Notes under the pieces: generated by a model
The model's database searches: none
Told to the model about the DNA's origin: nothing
The model's input: only the letters and a program-made list of their open reading frames with translations
DNA from: a virus
Direction: 5' to 3' (one strand)
DNA length: 64,000 bases
Virus record (IMG/VR): IMGVR_UViG_3300022752_000022
Coordinates: 85,599-149,598 of that record
Made by a program: the position numbers and the translations under genes
Shown: piece after piece, positions 1 through 8,002 of the stretch
Numbering within the stretch: the first letter of the stretch is position 1
How the letters are laid out: every line of letters starts with the position of its first letter

Positions 1-1178
1 TGCAAGCCGATGAAATAGGAACGTTGCATAAATTAGACGCATGTAGGGCAATCATTGATCCGTTAATTACTCAATTTAAAGGCCGACTGTTTAATACGGG
101 TGGTGATAGTGTTTTAATTGAATTTCCTAGTGCAGTTGATGCTGTTAAATTTGGTGTTGAAATGCAAGCACAAATTGGTAAATTAAATAATGGTATGCGC
201 TGGAGAATTGGTATACATATGGGTGAAGTCTGGATTTATGGCACTAATTTAATGGGAGATGCTGTGAATCTTGCTGCAAGAACTGAAAGTTTAGCAGACT
301 ATGGTGGTGTGACAATGACTGATACAGTTTATAAAATGATTGTAGGTAAAATGAAAACTTTAGAATTTGTAAGTCGTGGTGTACAAGAATTTAAAAATGT
401 GAATTCAATGGAAATCTGGAGTGTAGTAATTCCCGGCGCAACACCAAATCCATATCTAAACAAAGCACCTAAGCAAGAAACTTCAGCAGATACAATTAAA
501 AGCCATCAAGATTTATTAAAAACTGTAATCAATGATCAAGCTGCAAGAAATAAAACACTTCATGATGCACAAACACTAAAAAGAGATGGCAAATTAGGAC
601 CAGCAACTAGAGTGTTGATGTGGCGCGTGACTAAGCAAGACAAAGCGGCCGTTGATGAATTAATTAGTCTTGGCATCAAAAATTTAATTCCTAATGAACT
701 TAAAGTTTATGCTTCAGCAGTCATTAGAGAGTTTTGTACTAAGTTAGATAGCAATAGATTACTTACTATAGCAGACTTAATGGAAAATTGGAACTATAAT
801 TCAGCAGCACTAGATTTTGTAAAGATAGCAGCAAAAGTCGACGATAAAGCGCAGCAGAGATATGCACTTATGATATTCAATGATCCAACAAGTAGTGATG
901 CTGAGATCAATGCCATTCTTGATGATTTAAAAGAATTAGCTATGAAAAAGAATGTTGATGCTATGATTAAACTGGGCGAATATTATACTAAAATTAATGA
1001 CAAAAAGAATGCGTTCAGATGGCTCTATGCTGCGAGGGCACAACATAACAATCACGCACAAAAATTAATTGAAGAATTAAATAAAACAATCAGTAGAACT
1101 GATTTTCAAAACTTTAAAACGGACGCAGATGCGCTCGTAGATCAAATCAAATTTATAGATGATAATTTGATGAGATGA
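1..1178 (+). CDS. Class III adenylate/guanylate cyclase-domain protein with C-terminal Sel1/TPR-like repeats (5'-truncated by window edge)
   Basis: Motifs GGDSVLIEF, RIGIHMGEV, GDAVNLAAR and G-x-x-x-FKN. The frame is open upstream of 24 (QADEIGTLHKL), so the true start is off-window. C-terminal AMIKLGEYY...AFRWLYAA is Sel1-like. Confidence 0.85.
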   Translation, partial: QADEIGTLHKLDACRAIIDPLITQFKGRLFNTGGDSVLIEFPSAVDAVKFGVEMQAQIGKLNNGMRWRIGIHMGEVWIYGTNLMGDAVNLAARTESLADYGGVTMTDTVYKMIVGKMKTLEFVSRGVQEFKNVNSMEIWSVVIPGATPNPYLNKAPKQETSADTIKSHQDLLKTVINDQAARNKTLHDAQTLKRDGKLGPATRVLMWRVTKQDKAAVDELISLGIKNLIPNELKVYASAVIREFCTKLDSNRLLTIADLMENWNYNSAALDFVKIAAKVDDKAQQRYALMIFNDPTSSDAEINAILDDLKELAMKKNVDAMIKLGEYYTKINDKKNAFRWLYAARAQHNNHAQKLIEELNKTISRTDFQNFKTDADALVDQIKFIDDNLMR

Positions 1179-1179
1179 A

Positions 1180-1353
1180 TCATCTCTCTTTATTCAATTT
1201 GTTTATTTGATCCCAAAGTGCTGTAATTTGTTTATCATAATTTTTTTCCAAATAGTCTAATCGTACTTTGATTGTGACTGCATATGCAGCGATTGCAACA
1301 ACGCCTGCGCCTAAAAACCATAATTTACCTAGTCCATCGGCTAATGTTTCCAC
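1180..1353 (-). CDS. Small membrane protein (57 aa, one TM helix plus coiled coil), not in ORF track
   Basis: Hand-translated from a GTG start with AAAGGA SD: METLADGLGKLWFLGAGVVAIAAYAVTIKVRLDYLEKNYDKQITALWDQINKLNKER*. A late-type ACTAAATA lies upstream on the minus strand (about 1388-1395). Confidence 0.7.
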   Translation of the reverse strand: METLADGLGKLWFLGAGVVAIAAYAVTIKVRLDYLEKNYDKQITALWDQINKLNKER

Positions 1354-1397
1354 TATGAATCCTTTATGGTTGTTGTAGAACTACACTTATTTAGTAA

Positions 1398-1445
1398 TGT
1401 TGCATAAAAACAACATCTTGACAATACCGGATTTCCTCGTATAAT
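1398..1445 (+). promoter_or_regulatory. Early promoter cassette copy 1: TGTTG-N8-CAACA + TTGACA/TATAAT
   Basis: TGTTGCATAAAAACAACA 1398-1415, TTGACA 1418-1423, TATAAT 1440-1445. Confidence 0.85.
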
Positions 1446-1486
1446 GGCTGTGTGGTGATTGATAAACTCTTCTATATAGGTGTAGT

Positions 1487-1663
1487 ATGAAAAACACAAT
1501 TGAGACTTATCTTGAAAACGGTGTCTTGGTAACAATTCTTCCGACATATGCACCGAGAAAGTCTGAAAAGACTTTCACAGCAAAACGCTATTCTATAGCG
1601 AATACGGGTAGAAAACAAGTAACTATGAAAAATATTGGTTTGAAAGGGTATGGTGCGATATGA
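1487..1663 (+). CDS. Small basic hypothetical early protein (58 aa), not in ORF track
   Basis: Hand-translated MKNTIETYLENGVLVTILPTYAPRKSEKTF...GYGAI*. Follows the promoter, and its stop overlaps the next ATG (ATGA). Confidence 0.65.
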   Translation: MKNTIETYLENGVLVTILPTYAPRKSEKTFTAKRYSIANTGRKQVTMKNIGLKGYGAI

Positions 1664-1866
1664 GCGATAAAGTAAAAGGTCTGATGTTAGTCGTTTTTAC
1701 TATATTTTTGATAGCATTGATTGGATCATGGCTAACGATTCTTTCTATCAATATTGTGTTTGATCTAAATATACCGGTAACATTTGAAACAATCATAGCA
1801 GTGACATGGTTGACAATGACGCTTAAAGGGATTTTTTCAGCAAACACTTTAAATACCGGAAAATGA
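1660..1866 (+). CDS. Hypothetical membrane protein (2 TM)
   Basis: Hydrophobic ORF, coupled to neighbours by ATGA overlaps. Confidence 0.7.
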   Translation: MSDKVKGLMLVVFTIFLIALIGSWLTILSINIVFDLNIPVTFETIIAVTWLTMTLKGIFSANTLNTGK

Positions 1867-2198
1867 AACATTTAATTGCAAGTTTTATAGCGGCAACTAC
1901 GCTAACAGCAAATGCTAGTAATTTTCAAGAGATGGCATATGGCCGTGTTTTATCAGTAGAGCCGTTAATTCAAACTATTTACCATCGTGTGCCTCAACAA
2001 TCATGTAGTGTTACGACGGAAGGAAATCGTCAGATTGAGAGGTGTCAGAATTATACTGATAAAGTCTTCAATCAAAGAATTACTGGATATCGTGTTAAAT
2101 TTGAATATCGTGACACAGTACAAACTTTGATTATGGAACGTGATCCTGGAAGTCATGTTACTCTTAAAATTGTAACCACCCTTCATGTATTGGAATAA
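1863..2198 (+). CDS. Secreted protein, YcfJ-like beta-rich domain
   Basis: Signal peptide, then GRVLSVEP...PQQSC...ERC...GYRVKFEY...DPG pattern. Confidence 0.55.
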   Translation: MKHLIASFIAATTLTANASNFQEMAYGRVLSVEPLIQTIYHRVPQQSCSVTTEGNRQIERCQNYTDKVFNQRITGYRVKFEYRDTVQTLIMERDPGSHVTLKIVTTLHVLE

Positions 2199-2481
2199 GC
2201 GTATGTTTTTCGTATACGGAGCAGAGGGTGGCAGAGGCACTGAAAAAGCTGAATATTTATTGACAATGACAGGATTTCCGTATAGACTCTTTCTTTTAGA
2301 TAAGGACTATACAAGAGATCAATTAGAAAGATTAATTCCAGGAACTAGAGTTGTACCACACATATTTCATAATACAAAATATGTAGGAACAGTCAAAGAT
2401 TTATATGATTATCTTTATAATGAAGTAAAGGAGCGTGAATATGGCGAAAACGACGACAAAAACGACAGTGAACCAAAATGA
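2185..2481 (+). CDS. Glutaredoxin-fold protein lacking CxxC
   Basis: F-VYG...KAEYLL...VPHIF...YVG pattern of phage glutaredoxins; no Cys in the protein. Confidence 0.6.
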   Translation: MYWNKRMFFVYGAEGGRGTEKAEYLLTMTGFPYRLFLLDKDYTRDQLERLIPGTRVVPHIFHNTKYVGTVKDLYDYLYNEVKEREYGENDDKNDSEPK

Positions 2482-2782
2482 ATCATCTCAATATTCAACA
2501 TGGGGTGAAGAAGACAGGGCAGCATTTCGGAGTTGGCTCAAATCGTTGCTAAAAAGCGACATTGTAAATTTGACATTCCGAAAGAATGATGGTACAATGA
2601 GAGAAATGAGATGTACTCTACGGGATGAATACTTGATTGAGTCCAAGTCCACCACTGAACCAAAGAAGCCTCGCAAAGTGAGCGAAGACTCTATTGCAGT
2701 GATTGATTTGGATAAAAATGAGTGGCGATCCTTTCGATACGATTCAGTGAAGCGGGTTAATTTTACGATAGCACAGGAGTAA
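2435..2782 (+). CDS. WYL_2/DUF2693-like SH3-barrel protein
   Basis: FRKNDGTMREMRCTL...DLDKNEWRSFRYDSV motif typical of T4-like phages. Confidence 0.75.
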   Translation: MNMAKTTTKTTVNQNESSQYSTWGEEDRAAFRSWLKSLLKSDIVNLTFRKNDGTMREMRCTLRDEYLIESKSTTEPKKPRKVSEDSIAVIDLDKNEWRSFRYDSVKRVNFTIAQE

Positions 2783-2785
2783 ATC

Positions 2786-3886
2786 GTGGCCAATCCAGGC
2801 ATTGATGTGAAGTATATTGGTGATGAACCTACCTTTTCAAATTTTGAGATGTTGAATGAGTTGGATCAGCGGATTGCAATTTCAAAAGCGTTCAACTGGT
2901 ATTCTTATTTCTATAGCAATACTGAAGCAAAAGAATTTATTCTTACATACTCAAAAAGCATTGGTCGAACCAAAGATGAGTTAGCGTCCATCAAGTCATT
3001 GCCTGATAACGCATTCAACAAGCAAGCAGGTTGGATTGCAAGGATGATGATTCGTGGTTTGACACCGACACCACGTTTGAAAAGTCATTTTGTGAATCAC
3101 TACAAGCAATTGCTAACTCTGGTGAAACCACAGCCGATCGCTACGGAAATTGCACCGACAACTTCAGTTGTCAATGTTCAGCAACGAATCCAAGACAAAG
3201 CATCCGAACATGCAGGTGAGATTGAAGGCTTGCTTGACGATTTCATGCTTTGCGGTTGTAAAGAACCGTTTAGTGTGGAAGCGTATTTAAAATCTAATAA
3301 TGTTACAGCAATTGTAGCAAGTAAAATTTGTGAAAAGTTTGTCCCTAAAGCAAAAGAAATTTCTAATGCACTGACGGATAAAGAGTTGGCCGAGGGGTAC
3401 AGCAACTTTACTAAAGTCCAACTGAAGCGATATCGTGACATGCTGGATGCTATTGTTGAGCAGTGCAATACCTTTTCTCAGCAGAATAAGCCTGTGCGGA
3501 AACTTCGCAAGAAAAAAGATAAGTCTCCTGACGTTCTGGTTTCTAAGATGAAATTTCTTAAAGAGGATGGTGCATTCAAGAGTATTGCCCCAGAAAAGGT
3601 GGTTGGTGCAAATCAACTGTGGACATATAACGTGAAGACAAAGGTCCTTGCAGTGTATCATTCCGACAATGCAAAAGGATTGACTGTCAAAGGTAGCACA
3701 CTCCAGAATTTTGACGAGAAAACATCCATCGGCAAACGATTGCGAAAGCCTGAAGTGGTGTTGCCAAACGTGTTGAATTTTGGTAAAGTGAAGTTGAAGA
3801 AGATCATAGAAGAGTTGACAACAATGGAATTGAACTTGACAGGAAGGATGAACGATGATACACTGATCCTTCGTGTGGAGAAATAA
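2786..3886 (+). CDS. Conserved T4-like hypothetical protein
   Basis: 366-aa ORF with AGGAG SD; C-terminal VKGSTLQNFD...KRLRKP...GRMNDDTLIL. Confidence 0.75.
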   Translation: MANPGIDVKYIGDEPTFSNFEMLNELDQRIAISKAFNWYSYFYSNTEAKEFILTYSKSIGRTKDELASIKSLPDNAFNKQAGWIARMMIRGLTPTPRLKSHFVNHYKQLLTLVKPQPIATEIAPTTSVVNVQQRIQDKASEHAGEIEGLLDDFMLCGCKEPFSVEAYLKSNNVTAIVASKICEKFVPKAKEISNALTDKELAEGYSNFTKVQLKRYRDMLDAIVEQCNTFSQQNKPVRKLRKKKDKSPDVLVSKMKFLKEDGAFKSIAPEKVVGANQLWTYNVKTKVLAVYHSDNAKGLTVKGSTLQNFDEKTSIGKRLRKPEVVLPNVLNFGKVKLKKIIEELTTMELNLTGRMNDDTLILRVEK

Positions 3887-4045
3887 ATGTCTATTTTAAA
3901 TGATGAAGATAAAGATTTCGTAGAACAGTGGATTCGGAATTTAGATTCTGAAATTCGATTTGGCGTGAAAAGTGATTATGAAAAAGCACAAATGCAATAT
4001 ATGATTTCCATTTTAAAAAAGATTTTAACAAATGATATTGATTGA
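3887..4045 (+). CDS. Small hypothetical protein (52 aa), not in ORF track
   Basis: MSILNDEDKDFVEQWIRNLD...; fills the gap exactly between flanking genes. Confidence 0.55.
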   Translation: MSILNDEDKDFVEQWIRNLDSEIRFGVKSDYEKAQMQYMISILKKILTNDID

Positions 4046-4892
4046 CTTAAATCAGGTCATGATTTCCAATCTGATGATGCAGATTGGTCAAAATGGCAAT
4101 CAAGTGGACGAGAATCTGATCCGACATATGATTCTCAATAGTCTACGAATGTATAACGTCAAATTCCGTGAGGAGTTTGGTGAGATTGTCATATGCGCTG
4201 ACGATAAGCAATATTGGCGCAGAGACTTGTTTCCCTATTATAAAGCTAGTCGCAAAAAAGCGAGGGAAGCATCTCCTTTAGATTGGAATCTAATCTTTGA
4301 AACGTTGAACAAAGTCCGTGATGAATTGAAAGAAAACTTTCCTTACAAAGTCATTCAGATTCATAAAGCTGAAGCGGATGATGTCATTGGTACATTGTGC
4401 TATAAGTATGGTGTAGAATTGTCGAGTGAGGGTGTGGAGAAAATTTTGATTTTGTCGAGCGATAAAGATTTTCTCCAGTTGCAAAAGTTTGCAAATGTGT
4501 ATCAGTACAGTACAATGGCCAAGAAATTCCTCAAAGAATCTAGCCCATCAAAATTCTTGCAAGAGCATATTATTCGTGGAGATACTGGTGATGGGATTCC
4601 TAATTTTCTTAGCGGTGATGATTGCTTTGTTACTGAAACTCGGCAGAAACCGATAACAGAGAAAAAGCTAAATACATTCATCGGCAAGAATCCAGAAGAT
4701 TTTTGCGATGAAATCATGCTGAAGCGTTATCGAAGAAACGAATCATTGATTGATTTGTCTAAGGTGCCTGAAGATATTCAATCAAAAGTTTATATCGCTT
4801 ATGATGCGCCAAAGCGTGGTAGGGATAAATTGTTAAACTATTTCATTAAGCATCGGATGAAACTGATGATGGAACACATACAGGAATTCTAA
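4032..4892 (+). CDS. rnh: T4-type RNase H / 5'-3' flap exonuclease
   Basis: MILIDLNQ, YWRRDLFPYYKASR, EADD, SSDKDFLQL, GDTGDGIPN motifs. Confidence 0.95.
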   Translation: MILIDLNQVMISNLMMQIGQNGNQVDENLIRHMILNSLRMYNVKFREEFGEIVICADDKQYWRRDLFPYYKASRKKAREASPLDWNLIFETLNKVRDELKENFPYKVIQIHKAEADDVIGTLCYKYGVELSSEGVEKILILSSDKDFLQLQKFANVYQYSTMAKKFLKESSPSKFLQEHIIRGDTGDGIPNFLSGDDCFVTETRQKPITEKKLNTFIGKNPEDFCDEIMLKRYRRNESLIDLSKVPEDIQSKVYIAYDAPKRGRDKLLNYFIKHRMKLMMEHIQEF

Positions 4893-4896
4893 TTTT

Positions 4897-5337
4897 ATGG
4901 ACATTTCAAAATGGACGGTACATGAAACGCTGAAACATATCTCAGAGTTGCCAGCAAAAGACCGTGTCGATGCGATTCAGCAAATTTCAAAGTTGAAGCC
5001 TATACTCAGAGAAGTTTTGGGCTACACTTATCACAAAAATTATAACTTTACTCTACCTGAAGGTGATCCTCCATTCAAAACAATGGAAGTGCCACCAAAC
5101 ATGGGATTAAACAGATTACCCCATGAAATTCGAAAGTTTAAATACTTTGTAAACAACACCGAACTTCATGCGATTAAACGTGAGAAGATTTTCATTGAAA
5201 TGTTAGAAGCATTATCGCCAGAAGAAGCAGTCCTGGTACTCATGATAAAAAACAAAAAACTTATCGGTCCTTACAAAAATATCACACGTAAACTTGTAGA
5301 GGAAGCACTGCCCGATCTTTTCAGAGGAGAAAATTGA
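4897..5337 (+). CDS. Conserved T4-like hypothetical protein
   Basis: LPEGDPPF...KREKIFIEMLEAL..EEA pattern, commonly found downstream of rnh. Confidence 0.75.
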   Translation: MDISKWTVHETLKHISELPAKDRVDAIQQISKLKPILREVLGYTYHKNYNFTLPEGDPPFKTMEVPPNMGLNRLPHEIRKFKYFVNNTELHAIKREKIFIEMLEALSPEEAVLVLMIKNKKLIGPYKNITRKLVEEALPDLFRGEN

Positions 5338-5343
5338 TTTCAA

Positions 5344-5529
5344 ATGTCTAAAACCATTCTTAAATCTAACAATAAGTATAAAAAGTTTAAAGACTTTTAT
5401 GAGGAAGATGAGTCTTCAACAAACAAACGTCAAAAACAAAGATTCAATGAATCCAAGAAGCACAAAGACAGGTTGCGGCACGAGTTGCGAAAAGGAAACT
5501 TCCAGATCGCTGAGGAGTACGATTCCTAA
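5344..5529 (+). CDS. Small charged hypothetical protein
   Basis: ORF with AGGAG upstream. Confidence 0.6.
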   Translation: MSKTILKSNNKYKKFKDFYEEDESSTNKRQKQRFNESKKHKDRLRHELRKGNFQIAEEYDS

Positions 5530-5530
5530 C

Positions 5531-5579
5531 TGTTGTTTTTATGCAACACGCTTGACTTTCTCCGTGATCAGAGTACAAT
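5531..5579 (+). promoter_or_regulatory. Early promoter cassette copy 2 (palindrome in inverted orientation)
   Basis: TGTTGTTTTTATGCAACA 5531-5548, TTGACT 5552-5557, TACAAT 5574-5579. Confidence 0.85.
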
Positions 5580-5585
5580 AGAACT

Positions 5586-5927
5586 ATGTTGAAAGAGAAA
5601 GGAAACGAAATGATTGACGTATTAGATACGTACCTGAACTTCATCAAAGAAAACTTTGCAGCACATTATGCAAATCGGACTGACGATGTTGCCAAGAGCA
5701 TGGTTGAAAATTTCAATAATGGCCTTCGGGTTGAAGAGGGTAGCAAGTATCTTAAGATCGTTACCCATGGCGGTTCAGCACACACTTTCATTTGCAAAAA
5801 AGACACTGGCAAATTTAAGAAAGGTGACATTCTAATGGCTGCAAGTTGGAATGCACCCGCTCGAAATTTTGCACGAGGTAATGTGATTGCGAAAGAGTTT
5901 GGTTCAATCAATTGTTATGGAGCTTAG
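5586..5927 (+). CDS. Conserved phage early protein
   Basis: KYLKIV...FKKGDILMAASWNAPARNFARGNV motif; true start may be the ATG at 5610. Confidence 0.75.
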   Translation: MLKEKGNEMIDVLDTYLNFIKENFAAHYANRTDDVAKSMVENFNNGLRVEEGSKYLKIVTHGGSAHTFICKKDTGKFKKGDILMAASWNAPARNFARGNVIAKEFGSINCYGA

Positions 5928-5934
5928 TGATAAA

Positions 5935-6021
5935 ATGAATGACGGTGATGTTTTTGTTGGTTTGATTGTAGCTTTTATTGTAGTTGTAGCACTAATCATG
6001 GGCGGTATAATTCAACTTTGA
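5935..6021 (+). CDS. Putative 28-aa membrane peptide
   Basis: MNDGDVFVGLIVAFIVVVALIMGGIIQL* fills the intergenic gap. Confidence 0.45.
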   Translation: MNDGDVFVGLIVAFIVVVALIMGGIIQL

Positions 6022-6035
6022 CGGAGTAAAAAATT

Positions 6036-6413
6036 ATGGGATTAGATATGTATGCATTTTCTCTTGATGAGAAAGATGCCATTTCTGACGTTGAATATGC
6101 TGAAGAGCCGGATACTAAAACGGAAATTTTTTACTGGCGAAAGCATCACAATCTTCATGGTTGGATGAAACAACTTTATGAGAAAAAAGGTGGAACGGAA
6201 GAATTCAATTGTGTGCCTGTCCGACTTCGGCAAAGTGATTTGTTTGAACTTCAGTCCGTGATTCTAGCGCATGGTTTGCCTGAGACTACAGGTTTTTTCT
6301 TTGGTATCAGGCCTCCTGATGAGGATTCGGATGAGCAAGATTTGTTGTTCATTGCGAAAGCATTGTCGGAAATCAATCGTGGTCGTGCAGTCTATTACTC
6401 TTCATGGTGGTAA
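6036..6413 (+). CDS. Conserved phage hypothetical protein (MGLDMY...YWRKH family)
   Basis: MGLDMY, YWRKHHNLHGW, LPETTGFFFG, YYSSWW. Confidence 0.8.
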   Translation: MGLDMYAFSLDEKDAISDVEYAEEPDTKTEIFYWRKHHNLHGWMKQLYEKKGGTEEFNCVPVRLRQSDLFELQSVILAHGLPETTGFFFGIRPPDEDSDEQDLLFIAKALSEINRGRAVYYSSWW

Positions 6414-6416
6414 AAT

Positions 6417-6731
6417 ATGGTGAATAAACTGATTCGGGATGGCAGAGTTGCTGTCCTTGTTTCTCACGGCTTCGGTGCTGGTTGGTACTCATGGCATTAC
6501 GATGAACGCCTATTATTTGAACCGACGATTGCTGAAATGTTGGAGAAGAATGTTGATATATATGAAATTGAAAAATACTGTGAAAAAACATACGGTGATG
6601 AAATCTATTACGGTGGCTTAGATGGCCTATCAATTGTCTGGGTGCCAGTAGGAATGCAGTTTCGGATTGAAGAATATGACGGCTCAGAAAGTTTGAAGAT
6701 GGAACAAGAAATGCATTGGATTACTGCGTAG
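6417..6731 (+). CDS. Conserved phage hypothetical protein
   Basis: VAVLVSHGFGAGWYSW...FRIEEYDGSE motif. Confidence 0.8.
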   Translation: MVNKLIRDGRVAVLVSHGFGAGWYSWHYDERLLFEPTIAEMLEKNVDIYEIEKYCEKTYGDEIYYGGLDGLSIVWVPVGMQFRIEEYDGSESLKMEQEMHWITA

Positions 6732-6741
6732 AGAAGTTCTT

Positions 6742-6749
6742 TATAAATA
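6742..6749 (+). promoter_or_regulatory. T4-type late promoter upstream of tRNA cluster
   Basis: TATAAATA immediately before tRNA-Ile. Confidence 0.7.
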
Positions 6750-6752
6750 GTT

Positions 6753-6828
6753 TCCCGGATTAGCTCAGAGGTAGAGCAACGTCTTGATAAGGCGGAGGCG
6801 AATGGATCGTTACCATTATTCGGGACCA
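6753..6828 (+). tRNA. tRNA-Ile(GAT)
   Basis: Acceptor TCCCGGA/TTCGGGA + CCA; D arm AGCTCAGAGGTAGAGC; anticodon loop TTGATAA; atypical T-loop ATCGTTA. Confidence 0.85.
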
Positions 6829-6909
6829 TATTGAAGCACATTTTGATGCCTATAAGCAGTCAGAGTTGATCGCCTGTCTGACGGTGTGAGATGAATGTGC
6901 TTCAATATG
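6827..6909 (+). ncRNA. Stem-bounded structured RNA element A
   Basis: Perfect 16-bp inverted repeat CATATTGAAGCACATT (6827-6842) / AATGTGCTTCAATATG (6894-6909) enclosing hairpin GTCAGA/TCTGAC. Confidence 0.65.
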
Positions 6910-6914
6910 ATAAA

Positions 6915-6973
6915 GGTCGAGGTGCACCAGATCATTTCTAAAGGTCACTGACACATCGGAAAGACGATGGCCA
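6915..6973 (+). ncRNA. Small CCA-terminated structured RNA candidate
   Basis: Hairpin CATCG-GAAAGA-CGATG; stem GATC/GGTC around a TTTCTAA loop; ends in CCA. Confidence 0.4.
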
Positions 6974-7095
6974 TATTGAAGCACATTTAATCGAAAGCAT
7001 CCTCAGAACGGAAGTGACTCGCCGGTGAGTATGCAGGTAGAGAGGTGTAAAAAGCCCCCGCTTGTCACGGTTACCTCAAGTGTGTTTCAATATGG
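6971..7095 (+). ncRNA. Stem-bounded structured RNA element B
   Basis: CCATATTGAAGCACATTT (6971-6988) pairs with AAGTGTGTTTCAATATGG (7078-7095); both deviations are G-U wobbles. Confidence 0.65.
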
Positions 7096-7102
7096 GAATT
7101 AT

Positions 7103-7178
7103 TCCGGTCGAGCAAGCTAGGTGTAGGCAGTGGACTGTTAATCCATGAAGCCTGGTTCGAATCCAGGGACCGGAGCCA
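7103..7178 (+). tRNA. tRNA-Asn(GTT)
   Basis: TCCGGTC/GACCGGA + GCCA; GTGGA-CTGTTAA-TCCAT; T arm CCTGG-TTCGAAT-CCAGG. Confidence 0.93.
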
Positions 7179-7185
7179 GATGTAT

Positions 7186-7263
7186 CTCGGATTAGTTCAG
7201 CCCGGTTAGAATGCCTGCTTTGGGAGCAGGAGGTCGTGAGTTCAAATCCCACATCCGAGACCA
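7186..7263 (+). tRNA. tRNA-Pro(TGG)
   Basis: CTCGGAT/ATCCGAG + ACCA; CCTGC-TTTGGGA-GCAGG. Confidence 0.93.
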
Positions 7264-7268
7264 GTTTT

Positions 7269-7342
7269 GCCCTCTTAGTTAAATGGCATAACGGTTGATT
7301 TGTAATCATCAATTGGCAGTTCGATTCTGTCAGAGGGCACCA
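7269..7342 (+). tRNA. tRNA-Thr(TGT)
   Basis: GCCCTCT/AGAGGGC + ACCA; loop TTTGTAA; GGCAG-TTCGATT-CTGTC. Confidence 0.9.
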
Positions 7343-7349
7343 GTTTTAT

Positions 7350-7424
7350 CTGATCGTGGTGAAATGGAGATCACAGTAGCCTTCTAAGATTCTATTCCGG
7401 GTTCGAATCCTGGCGGTCAGGCCA
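7350..7424 (+). tRNA. tRNA-Arg(TCT)-like with mismatched anticodon stem
   Basis: CTGATCG/CGGTCAG + GCCA; intact D and T arms; anticodon stem GTAGC/GATTC has two mismatches around CTTCTAA. Confidence 0.7.
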
Positions 7425-7438
7425 GTAAGGAGATTAAC

Positions 7439-8002
7439 ATGCCAGCGACATGGCTTATTAGCGATACACATTTCGGGCATGACAAAACCTGTACTGTGTT
7501 CAAAAGAGACGATGGTTACCCTCTTAGGCCCTTTAAAGATGCCGAAGAGATGGACGAGGAAATGATTAAGCGTTGGAACGAACGTGTTGATAAGAATGAC
7601 AAAGTATATCACTTGGGAGACGTAGTCATTGCTCGTAAAAGTCTTGCTACTCTTAGTAGACTTAACGGAGACAAAGTTCTTATTAAAGGTAACCATGATA
7701 TCTTTAAACTTCATGATTACACCGTACACTTTAGAGATATCAGAGGTTATCATGTGATGTCTGGTCTTATTCTTAGTCACGTTCCAGTACATGCTGATTC
7801 CATCGAAAGATTTGGGTGCAATGTTCATGGACATCTTCACCATAGAAGAGTGATGAAAGATAATAAGATTGATCCGAGATACTTTAATGTGAGTGTAGAG
7901 TGTATCGACTTTGCTCCTATTCTTCTTGAAGATCTGAAGAAAAGAATTATGGAGCAGGGTGGGGGTGTCGAGATGAAAAAGTCTCGACACGAAGTAGATT
8001 AG
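7439..8002 (+). CDS. Calcineurin-like metallophosphoesterase
   Basis: SDTHFGH, HLGD, GNHD, SHVP, HGHLH motifs; AAGGAG SD. Confidence 0.9.
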   Translation: MPATWLISDTHFGHDKTCTVFKRDDGYPLRPFKDAEEMDEEMIKRWNERVDKNDKVYHLGDVVIARKSLATLSRLNGDKVLIKGNHDIFKLHDYTVHFRDIRGYHVMSGLILSHVPVHADSIERFGCNVHGHLHHRRVMKDNKIDPRYFNVSVECIDFAPILLEDLKKRIMEQGGGVEMKKSRHEVD

